Virus record (IMG/VR): IMGVR_UViG_3300043429_000130
Span: 1 to 64,000 of that record
Length of the DNA stretch: 64,000 bases
From: a virus
Direction: 5' to 3' (one strand)
Shown: positions 1-8,700 of the stretch, in pieces
Numbering within the stretch: position 1 is the stretch's first letter
Layout: the number at the start of each line of letters is the position of its first letter
Made by a program: the position numbers and the translations under genes
The notes under the pieces: model-generated
The model's input: the letters and a program-made list of their open reading frames with translations, nothing else
What the model was told of the DNA's origin: nothing
Database searches by the model: none

Positions 1-183
1 CTAAAAGACACACTAAAGTTAGTTTGTTTTGGCCATATCCATAATATGGATGGGGTAGACACTAACCAAGGCGTCTCCACTTACTCACGTACAAAAACTG
101 TATTTTCTAATGCAGCTTGTGTATATGACGGAAAGTTTAGCCTTGGTCTAACTTCTTTTGGAAACGTGCTAGAAGTTCAATAA
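1..183 (+). CDS. C-terminal end of a calcineurin-like metallophosphoesterase (5' truncated by window)
   Basis: Frame 1 open from base 1: LKDTLKLVCFGHIHNMDG...TVFSNAACV...EVQ-TAA; GHIH plus downstream F-x-NAA is the last motif of MPPED-like phosphoesterases. Not in ORF track. Confidence 0.7.
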   Translation, partial: LKDTLKLVCFGHIHNMDGVDTNQGVSTYSRTKTVFSNAACVYDGKFSLGLTSFGNVLEVQ

Positions 184-189
184 TTTTAA

Positions 190-200
190 GTATATTATAT
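190..200 (+). promoter_or_regulatory. Putative phage promoter core GTATATTATAT
   Basis: Intergenic, 14 nt before ATG 215; the identical 11-mer lies on the - strand at 49953-49963 upstream of the endonuclease gene. Confidence 0.4.
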
Positions 201-214
201 AACCAACACTTACT

Positions 215-445
215 ATGAAAGATAAATGCGTAAGCTGCGGTGCAGAAACCGCCTATGAAATATCTACTCATATAGATATGAGAAATGGATATGTTGAAGG
301 TTTAGGACAGTTGTGTAACAAATGCCACACTTCTAGTACTAATTTTAACCACATACTTATACCAGAGTCTATTATTATTAACAACCCTAATAATAATGAT
401 TTAGGAGCTAAAGTTAGAGAGTTTTATTATGAAACAAAAAACTGA
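215..445 (+). CDS. Small zinc-finger protein
   Basis: CVSC...CNKC pair; 76 aa. Confidence 0.65.
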   Translation: MKDKCVSCGAETAYEISTHIDMRNGYVEGLGQLCNKCHTSSTNFNHILIPESIIINNPNNNDLGAKVREFYYETKN

Positions 446-692
446 CGCAATTAAGGATATTATTGATCAGATGTTTATCATAGCCGGCCATCCTGAAGTC
501 GGCTATGATGACGTCATTGGTAGAAAAGACCAATGGTATCTTCAGTGGAGTATGACTGAAGACCAACGTAAAGAATGGATAGACTGGGGTGTTGCATACT
601 TCCGTAAAAAGAAACGTTGGAATAAGAAGTTTGCAGAAAGAGAAATGGCATTCATAGATCTATATTGTGGACTAACAAATAAAATAAAATGA
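429..692 (+). CDS. Hypothetical phage protein
   Basis: 87-aa ORF overlapping neighbours in operon-like packing. Confidence 0.65.
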   Translation: MKQKTDAIKDIIDQMFIIAGHPEVGYDDVIGRKDQWYLQWSMTEDQRKEWIDWGVAYFRKKKRWNKKFAEREMAFIDLYCGLTNKIK

Positions 693-958
693 AAAAGTAC
701 ATAAGTGCTGCACTTAGTATTACTACTATTGGATTGTTGTTCTATACACTTATTGACCTTAAAGAACAGGTTAAACAAATAACAGTATTACAACATCAGG
801 TAGATAGTCTTACAACTATTAAAGATAGTTTAGTAAATGAAGTTTTTATACATGAAGTTACTAACGGTAGATATGAGATAACAATAGATCACCTACAAAA
901 AACTAATCCTAAAGCTGCACTGGAATTTATAAACTTTATGAACCATGAAACAGAATAA
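689..958 (+). CDS. Hypothetical membrane-anchored coiled-coil protein
   Basis: MKK plus hydrophobic N-terminus, then heptad-like segment; ATGA overlap with the previous gene. Confidence 0.65.
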   Translation: MKKYISAALSITTIGLLFYTLIDLKEQVKQITVLQHQVDSLTTIKDSLVNEVFIHEVTNGRYEITIDHLQKTNPKAALEFINFMNHETE

Positions 959-1049
959 ATGGAACTGGGATGTAATACTAGTATGGCTAGTTATTGCTGC
1001 TACTAGTTTTACACTATGGTACAACATTATAAACTGGATAACAAAATAA
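945..1049 (+). CDS. Small single-TM protein (34 aa)
   Basis: MKQNKWNWDVILVWLVIAATSFTLWYNIINWITK*; fills the gap and stops 2 nt before ATG 1052. Not in ORF track. Confidence 0.55.
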   Translation: MKQNKWNWDVILVWLVIAATSFTLWYNIINWITK

Positions 1050-1051
1050 AT

Positions 1052-1522
1052 ATGAAAGTAAGCTTTGATTTTGACGGCACACTAGAAAGACCAGATGTCC
1101 AAGAGTATGCTAAAGAACTTATAAAATTAGGTGTAGAGGTATGGGTTGTAACTACACGTTATGACTCTAACCATCAACATAAATATTATAGAGCATTTCC
1201 TGAAGAGGTTTGGGCTAAGATTTGTAGCACTACAAATGGTGATCCTAATTTTGGATTATGGGGTGTGATTGAAAAACTAGGTATACCTAGACATCATGTA
1301 CGTTTTACATGTATGGAATACAAACATAAATACTTAGATGGTACTAAGTTTTTATGGCATCTAGATGATAATCCAGAAGAGTTTTCTCACGCTAAAGCTA
1401 ACAATCTTAAAGTACCTATGATCAATGTAGAACTTAATACTTGGAAAGAAAAGTGTGATAATATTATCAGGATTAAAATGAATGAGCTCATAGCTAACCA
1501 GCAAGAAGAAACAGAAGACTAA
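1052..1522 (+). CDS. HAD-superfamily phosphatase
   Basis: Motif I VSFDFDGTL, motif II VVTTR, motif IV HLDDNP; start moved to ATG 1052 (MKVSFD). Confidence 0.75.
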   Translation: MKVSFDFDGTLERPDVQEYAKELIKLGVEVWVVTTRYDSNHQHKYYRAFPEEVWAKICSTTNGDPNFGLWGVIEKLGIPRHHVRFTCMEYKHKYLDGTKFLWHLDDNPEEFSHAKANNLKVPMINVELNTWKEKCDNIIRIKMNELIANQQEETED

Positions 1523-1539
1523 CCATAATACACTATAAA

Positions 1540-2535
1540 ATGAACGCAGAAGACAAAAAGAAAAACATCTTTGAGGCTAGAGTAAACATCCTACCTTATG
1601 AGTACCCACAGTTATTAGCATATAAAGATGCTATCCGTCACTCCTATTGGATTGATACTGAGTATAACTTTACTACAGATATTGATGACTTTAGAGTTAA
1701 GGTGACAGATGAAGAAAGAGAAGTTATTAAAAAGACTATGCTGGCTATTGCTCAGATAGAAGTTAACGTTAAAACCTTTTGGGCTGACTTATATAAAAGA
1801 ATGCCCATCACTGAGATTGGTGATGTAGGTATGACGTTTGCAGAGTCTGAAGTGAGACACAAAGATGCTTATGCAAGACTACTTAGAATCCTAGGATTAG
1901 AAGAAGAGTTTAGAACAGTTATTGAAATCCCAGCTATTGAAGGTAGAATTAAGTATCTAAAAAAGTATCTTGATGGATCTCGTAGTAAAGACAATAAGAT
2001 GTACACTAAGAGCGTTCTTTTATTCTCTCTGTTTATTGAGCACGTAAGCTTGTTCAGCCAGTTCTTGATCATGATGTCTTTCAACAAAGAGAAAAACTTA
2101 TTTAAGGGTATCTCTAACGTGGTAGAAGCTACCTCTAAAGAAGAGGATATCCATGGTAATTTTGGAGCTGAGCTGATTAACATTATCAGATCAGAAAATC
2201 CAGAGTGGTTTGATCAAGAGTTTGAAGACCTAATCTATTCTGCTTGTAACAAAGCATACATTGCTGAGTGTGACATCTTAGACTGGATCTTTGAAAAAGG
2301 TGAGCTTGACTTTCTTCCTAAAGAAAACATCAGACAGTTCATTATGAACAGGTTTAATAACTCTCTTGCAAAGATTGGTATGAAGCCATTGTTCTATGTA
2401 GATAGTAGCTTACTAGAGCAGACTCATTGGTTTGATGTAGAGATTACAGCTACTAAGGAAGGGGACTTCTTTTACAAGAAACAAATTGACTATAACAAAA
2501 AATCTAAAGCTATCACAGAAGATGACCTATTCTAA
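1540..2535 (+). CDS. nrdB: Ribonucleotide reductase class I beta subunit (class Id-like)
   Basis: Ferritin-like ligands QIEVNVK, ESEVRHKDAY, IEHVSLF, KEEDIH; C-terminal DFF..KQIDY. Confidence 0.93.
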   Translation: MNAEDKKKNIFEARVNILPYEYPQLLAYKDAIRHSYWIDTEYNFTTDIDDFRVKVTDEEREVIKKTMLAIAQIEVNVKTFWADLYKRMPITEIGDVGMTFAESEVRHKDAYARLLRILGLEEEFRTVIEIPAIEGRIKYLKKYLDGSRSKDNKMYTKSVLLFSLFIEHVSLFSQFLIMMSFNKEKNLFKGISNVVEATSKEEDIHGNFGAELINIIRSENPEWFDQEFEDLIYSACNKAYIAECDILDWIFEKGELDFLPKENIRQFIMNRFNNSLAKIGMKPLFYVDSSLLEQTHWFDVEITATKEGDFFYKKQIDYNKKSKAITEDDLF

Positions 2536-4147
2536 CTATTATTGGCTTAATGATGAAAGCCGCAAGTTCCTCTCAAGAGGTTACATTACAGAATCACCAG
2601 AACAGAGAATTAAAGACATTGCTAGGACAGCTGAGAAGTATCTTGGCGTCCATGGCTTTGCACAGAAGTTTGAAGACTATATGGCTAAAGGCTACTATAG
2701 TCTTTCTACACCAGTATGGATTAACTTTGGTAAGCAAAAAGGTTTACCTATTAGTTGTTACGGATCTAACGTAGACGACAATCTTGACAGCATTCTTAAT
2801 GCAGGTAGAGAGATTGGTATGATGTCTAAGTATGGTGGAGGTACTAGTGTATACCTGGGAAACATCCGGGCCCGGGGAACAGTGATTTCTACAGGAGGTA
2901 CTGCAGATGGACCTGTACACTATGCACGTATATACGATACAGTGGTTGATGTTTGTAAACAATCAGAAGCTAGACGTGGTGCATGTGCTGCATACTTACC
3001 AGTAGAACATCCAGACATCCTAGAATTCCTAGATATTGGTACAGAAGGTAATCTTATTCAGAATCTTCAGTATGGTGTGACAGTTGGTGACGCATGGCTT
3101 GAAGAGATGAAAGCTGGTGATCCAGACAAACGTAAGATCTGGGCTAAGATTATCCAGAGACGTAATGAGTTTGGTTTTCCTTACATCATGTTTAAGGACA
3201 ACACTAACAACAACTCTCCTTATAAAGAAATAGGATTAGAGATTACAGCTAGTAACTTATGCTCAGAGATCCAGCTTCCTACAGATAGTTATAACTCTTT
3301 TGTGTGTTGTCTAGGGTCCCTAAATCTATTACACTGGGACAAGATTAAGCAGACAGATGCTATTGAGATCTATACACTGTTTCTTAATGCAGTGATTGAT
3401 GAGTTCATTACTAAAGCTGCTACTCTCCCGGGGATGGCAAGGGCCCACAGGTTTGCAGAACAACACAGAGCTATTGGATTAGGTGTACTAGGATACCATT
3501 CTTATCTGCAGTCTAAGCTTGTAGAGTTTGAATCTATGCAGGCTAAGATGATTAACGTAGATATCTTTAAAACTATTAAAGAAAGATCTGACGCTACATC
3601 TAAAGTGTTGCATACAGAACATGGGTATACATCTCTTAGAGAAGGATATGCTAACACTACGCTTGTAGCTATAGCTCCTACTAAGTCTAGTTCATTTATC
3701 CACGGTCAAGTATCTATGGGTATTGAACCTATTAAGTCTAACTACTTTATCAAAGACTTGGCTAAGAGTAAAACTGTGTACAAGAATCCTTTCTTAGAAG
3801 AAGAGCTTGAGAAGTATGGTCTTAATACACCAGAAACTTGGGAAAGCATCTTAAAGAAAGATGGTTCTGTACAACACTTAGACTTCCCTACTAAAGAGGT
3901 GTTTAAATCCTTTATAGAGATTAGTCCTAAAGAGATTATCATTCAAGCTGCTGCAAGACAGAAGTTTATTGATCAGTCTCAATCTTTAAATCTAATGATC
4001 CACCCTTCAGTTCCAGCTAAGGACATTAACCAGTTATATTTATTTGCTCATGAACAAGGAGTCAAGACTCTATACTACCAGTTTAGTATAAGTAGTGCCC
4101 AGTCATTTGCAAGAAACATACTAGAATGTGCAAGCTGTGAAGGATAA
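2522..4147 (+). CDS. nrdA: Ribonucleotide reductase class I alpha subunit, no ATP cone
   Basis: PISC, SNLCSEI, VCCLGS, IAPTKSSS, TLYY, C-terminal CASCEG; likely start ATG 2522 overlapping nrdB. Confidence 0.93.
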   Translation: MTYSNYYWLNDESRKFLSRGYITESPEQRIKDIARTAEKYLGVHGFAQKFEDYMAKGYYSLSTPVWINFGKQKGLPISCYGSNVDDNLDSILNAGREIGMMSKYGGGTSVYLGNIRARGTVISTGGTADGPVHYARIYDTVVDVCKQSEARRGACAAYLPVEHPDILEFLDIGTEGNLIQNLQYGVTVGDAWLEEMKAGDPDKRKIWAKIIQRRNEFGFPYIMFKDNTNNNSPYKEIGLEITASNLCSEIQLPTDSYNSFVCCLGSLNLLHWDKIKQTDAIEIYTLFLNAVIDEFITKAATLPGMARAHRFAEQHRAIGLGVLGYHSYLQSKLVEFESMQAKMINVDIFKTIKERSDATSKVLHTEHGYTSLREGYANTTLVAIAPTKSSSFIHGQVSMGIEPIKSNYFIKDLAKSKTVYKNPFLEEELEKYGLNTPETWESILKKDGSVQHLDFPTKEVFKSFIEISPKEIIIQAAARQKFIDQSQSLNLMIHPSVPAKDINQLYLFAHEQGVKTLYYQFSISSAQSFARNILECASCEG

Positions 4148-4148
4148 C

Positions 4149-4181
4149 AAAAAAAAGGAGAGCTAACCACTCTCCTTTTTT
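4149..4181. terminator. Bidirectional intrinsic terminator
   Basis: A-tract GGAGAG ctaacca CTCTCC T-tract immediately after the nrdA stop. Confidence 0.8.
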
Positions 4182-4196
4182 ATTTAAAAAAATAAT

Positions 4197-4598
4197 ATGA
4201 TAACAGATATTTTAGAAGACAGACAAAAAGATCAAGCTCCTAGGTTCTTTTTGCATGATGAAATGACTATTTGGTTACGAGAACATCTACGTTTATCTAT
4301 CTCAGATCAAGTATATGATGAGCAATGGGTAGATTCTGTAGCTGAAGCTGGTACAGCATACGCTTATAGAGAGCAGGTAAAATTATCAGGTAGGAGGAAT
4401 ATATATATTACACCTATGATAGCTGGTGCAATGATGCCAACTAACGGTTTTGAAATAGACTTATCTCCGTATAGGTCAGCTATAGTTTCTCTTACAAAAA
4501 GAGTAAGTTATTTAGAGCAAAGTAACCAAGATTTACGTAACTTTATAAACCAATTAGAATCAAGAATTATAAAACTAGAACAACATGCAAACATTTGA
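4197..4598 (+). CDS. Hypothetical protein with C-terminal coiled coil
   Basis: 133-aa ORF. Confidence 0.65.
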   Translation: MITDILEDRQKDQAPRFFLHDEMTIWLREHLRLSISDQVYDEQWVDSVAEAGTAYAYREQVKLSGRRNIYITPMIAGAMMPTNGFEIDLSPYRSAIVSLTKRVSYLEQSNQDLRNFINQLESRIIKLEQHANI

Positions 4599-4887
4599 CG
4601 CACTTATTGACAACGTAGTAGGCTGGGCTGCAGACAAAAACATCCTTAAACCTGAGAATGCACCTAAGCAGATGCTTAAAGTGATGGAAGAAGTAGGAGA
4701 AACTGCTGGAGCCTTAGCTAAAAACAAAGAAGCTGAACTTAAAGATGGTATTGGTGATGCTTTTGTAACACTAATCATTCTAGCCAAGCAAGTAGGTATG
4801 GAACCTGCAGACTGTTTAGAAGCAGCTTGGAATGAGATTAAAAACCGTACAGGTAAAACTGTTAACGGTGTCTTTGTAAAAGATTAG
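4585..4887 (+). CDS. MazG-like nucleoside triphosphate pyrophosphohydrolase
   Basis: KVMEEVGETA...DGIGDAFVTL...AWNEIKNRTG..NGVFVK. Confidence 0.85.
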   Translation: MQTFDALIDNVVGWAADKNILKPENAPKQMLKVMEEVGETAGALAKNKEAELKDGIGDAFVTLIILAKQVGMEPADCLEAAWNEIKNRTGKTVNGVFVKD

Positions 4888-4888
4888 T

Positions 4889-5047
4889 ATGAATAAAAAT
4901 CAAATGATTAATAAACTACAACATCTATCTGTAGAAGATGCTTATGTAAGAAGAATTCTTAAAAGAGCTGTCAGAAGACTTAGATGTGGTAGTATTAGAT
5001 TAGTGTTTAGAAACGCTAAAGAATCATTACTTAATATAGAATTATGA
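4889..5047 (+). CDS. Small basic hypothetical protein (52 aa)
   Basis: MNKNQMINKLQHLSVEDAYVRRILKRAVRRLRCGSIRLVFRNAKESLLNIEL*; starts 1 nt after the MazG stop and overlaps the next gene as ATGA. Not in ORF track. Confidence 0.6.
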   Translation: MNKNQMINKLQHLSVEDAYVRRILKRAVRRLRCGSIRLVFRNAKESLLNIEL

Positions 5048-5484
5048 AAAGAGCACTCTATTTAGATGATCAAAGAACTCCAACTAACACACTACCAGGG
5101 TACGAGCCCTGGTTTGTTGTTAGGAACTATGATCAATTTGTAGAATGGATTAGTACCAATGGTATATCAGACTTTGTATCATTTGATCATGATCTAGCTG
5201 AAGAACATATAGACGATTATTTCAAACAGAAACTAGCATTAGGATATCAGCATCCCAGTTATAATGAATACACTGAGAAGACTGGTCTAGACTGTGCTAA
5301 ATGGTTAGTGGATTACTGTCAAGAAAGAAACATTCCTTTATGTGGATGTTCTGTACACAGCCACAATCCTGTAGGAGCTAGTAACATACATAGCTTACTT
5401 AACGGATTTAAAAAACACTTAGGGTTACCAGAAGATTGCTACATTGGCAAGCACCCGTTTACAGTAGAAACTAAAACAAAATAA
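5044..5484 (+). CDS. Cyclic-phosphate-processing receiver-like domain protein
   Basis: LYLDDQRTP, VVRNY, SFDHDL, TGLDCAKWL, VHSHNPVG signature. Confidence 0.8.
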   Translation: MKRALYLDDQRTPTNTLPGYEPWFVVRNYDQFVEWISTNGISDFVSFDHDLAEEHIDDYFKQKLALGYQHPSYNEYTEKTGLDCAKWLVDYCQERNIPLCGCSVHSHNPVGASNIHSLLNGFKKHLGLPEDCYIGKHPFTVETKTK

Positions 5485-5485
5485 T

Positions 5486-5689
5486 ATGAAGATTGAAAAA
5501 TTGCCAACAGTATTACTATCTTTCTTTAGCCCAGACAAAAGTCTTCTAGGAATAGATTGTGAAGTATTAAACATGTGTGACGGTGTTAGACCAGATAAAA
5601 GCTTCATCATATCAAGATATGCAAGCATTAGTATTGGTTTAATTATAGTAACACTAAATGTAAATATAAAACTAAGGGGTGAAGATTAA
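5486..5689 (+). CDS. Hypothetical protein
   Basis: 67-aa ORF 1 nt after the previous stop, ending in the terminator. Confidence 0.5.
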   Translation: MKIEKLPTVLLSFFSPDKSLLGIDCEVLNMCDGVRPDKSFIISRYASISIGLIIVTLNVNIKLRGED

Positions 5690-5705
5690 TTCACCCCTTT
5701 TTTTT
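5674..5705. terminator. Intrinsic terminator at convergence of + and - gene blocks
   Basis: AAGGGGTGAA gattaa TTCACCCCTT followed by a T-tract. Confidence 0.85.
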
Positions 5706-8700
5706 AATATCCTGGCTGGATTCTAATATCCCAGTCTTTTCTAAAGTCTTCATCAAATGTAGCAGTTAGTAGCATAATTTCTTTAGCTACAGGTACCATC
5801 TTAGTAAAATACTTCAATGGCTTTGCATCTTCAGTCCACTCTTTGTCACCAATGAGCTGACCTCCTGCTTCCTCACTTAGATTTCCTAGAAACTTAAACA
5901 TGTCTTCAGCTAAGCTAATAACTGGTAGAGGACGTTGTACTAGTCTAGTAAACTCAAGTGGGTTATAGTAGAATGCAAACTCATTGTAGTATTTTTTAAG
6001 AGCTCTAGCTAAGTACTGCTTCATACCTTTATTTCTTCTATTCTCATCATCTCCTGATACTACTGAGAATACAGCTGCTGCAAAAGAGCTAAGAGTCATA
6101 AGTTCAGCTACCATGGAACGTAAGTTACCAATATGAATATCTATAAACTCTCCTTCTGTAATAGTAAACTCTTCTCCTTTTTCATAAGCTTCACGCTTAA
6201 GGTTTTCATATTTCTCTTTAGCTAATTCAACAGCATTGTCTCCAAAGCCAGTCATTATAGCTTTAAGTAGCTTACCTATTCTTTTACTGAATAGATCTCC
6301 AAAGAATGAATGGAACTTACCATACGTCCAGTTTTGTAACTCATCGTCATATCTTAATCCTTCTAATCTTTCTTCAATCATTTCAGGCATCCAAGATCTA
6401 AACTGCATAAGTCCTTGACCAAGTAGAGTAGTTCTAATGTTGTTAATATCATCTCTAGATTGGTTACCTACAATACGTTTGTTAACACCCTTAATTTTAT
6501 TTCTAAAGTCAGAGAAAGTTTCACTGTCTTTTTCAATTCCAGGTATAGTAAATTCACCTTCTGGTGAAAGTACACCCTTTACATATACACTTTCCTTTTC
6601 TTGAAGTTCTCCTACTTCTTTATCTATCTTAGCCATTAAAGCTTTACGGTCAGCACTAGAAAGATTGTAGAACTCATTGTTATAGTTATACTTAGCTTTT
6701 ACAAACTGTTGTATGTTTACAATCTTACCATCCTGTACCATGTGCTCCATCATCATAGCAATAGCTACTGGGTATTGTACAGCTTTATCACCCATACGCA
6801 TGAATAAGTAGAAGTTCTCATCTTTTAATACTCTGTTTGTACCAGATAGACTAAGCTCTTCTACCATAACATTAGTATTACCTTCCCCAAGAACATTCAT
6901 ATACTTTAGTGCAGCCCAAGCTTTTTTACTACCAGCAGCAGTGTACATAGCTTTAGCCCATGTTCTATTAGTAAAATAAATACCTTTTTGAGCCATGAAT
7001 AAAGCATTACCTGTACCACCAACAAATTGTGCAGTACCAGATAGAGGGTTCAAGGCGAGTGTTTTTAAACTAAAGAATCTCATAGCTGCTTGAGCAGTCT
7101 TTAAAAGAGAGTACTCTTTACCTAAAATTTTTACTTTAGCATCACTACTCTTACCTCCAATCCTATCATAGATGTAGAAGTTTACAAACTCTTCAAAAAT
7201 CTTAGCATTTCTATCATTATTATTTGCAGCTTTAGCTTTACCATTTTCAATAGTAACATTACCAAAGTTATCTGTAACTAAGCTTTTCTTATTACGCTCT
7301 ACTTCAAGAAGCATTTGTGATGAATCTTCAATACTATGCATAGCTTCATAGTTATACATGTGAGCAGACCATACCGCAAATACTTTAAATAGATCTCTAG
7401 ACTTTTTACTATAGTCTGTTTCTCCTGTCTCTTCATTCTTTACTCCAATATCAGTAGTAAAGTATACAGGTATACGATTGATTACACTACCATCTGTAGG
7501 ATCTACCTCTGGTGTATAAGTATTACCGGCATCAACCTGTAAGTTTTCAAATATACCTTTAGTGCTAAATACGTTCTTAATGTCTCCAAATACAAGCTGA
7601 TCAACTTTTGACTTATAAAGAGAAGGAATAAATCTTTTAGACTTCTTGTCTAACATACCAAGTTCTTCTGCTTCATCAACCAATCCTTTAAAAAAGTCAT
7701 AGACATCTTTAACAGGTTTGTTTTCAGGCTTTTGTAAGTTAGACCACTTTTCACTAAGCCATTGATCAGCAGGAACTAAGAAGTTATTACTTGGGTTAAG
7801 AAGAGCTTTAACGTTAATGGTTCCATTATCATTAAGAACCTTATGATTAAGAGACCACTCTTTAATTTTCTTTTCAATTATCTTTTCATTAACAGCTTCA
7901 TCTAAAGCATAGTTAACACTTTTAAAGTTTTCAATGGTTCTTTTTTCTTCAGCCTCATATCTTTCTTTATCATAATCCATGTTGTCTGCAATCCACTTAC
8001 TATTACCTACAAGTATGGCTTTCTTCTTAAGGTCATAAAACTCAGATGTATATTTTTTTAAGAAGTTACCATCCCAGTTTCCTTTCTGATCAATCTGAAG
8101 AATCATTTCCATAGCTTTATCTGCAGATATTCCTCTACCATTAGCCCATGTAAGAAATTTCTTCTTTAACAAGACCATCTTAGCTGCTGTGGAATCAAAC
8201 TTAGCATCTCTGTTATTCTGAGCAACACGCAGTAACTTAGAAAACAATCTAAAGCTTTTCTGTGAGATGTTACTTAGTGCACTAAACAATCCTCTATATA
8301 CATTTAGTGGAGCTTCTGCATCTAATATATTAAATATACCATTCTTCTTACCTAAGTTTTCAACTTGCTCTCTTCTATAATACTCAATGTCTTTAATTAA
8401 CTTATCTACTCTTGACGTCATGGTCAAGAATTTTTTATTCATTTCCTCATACTCAGCTTTAGCTCCTTTCTTTTTACTGTTTTGAGCTACATCAAAGTAC
8501 TGTTGTCTTAGATCATAAAGAAGTACTCCTGAGTCACTAAAAACTTCTAGGATTTTAATAGCATCTTGTATCTCTTTACCGTTTAATGTTTTATCATTAA
8601 GCATCTCTGAGTACTTTTTATACTCAAGAAGACCAAGCTCAATCAAACGATCCATCTTATTTTTAAGCTGTAGATCTCTAATAGCAACTCTAAGCTGAGC

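Noticed and set aside
2486-2521. TTG start for nrdA
   Set aside because: ATG at 2522 gives the typical YYWLN N-terminus and a short overlap with nrdB.
1540-4147. Intein or intron in RNR genes
   Set aside because: Both subunits are compact with contiguous motifs.
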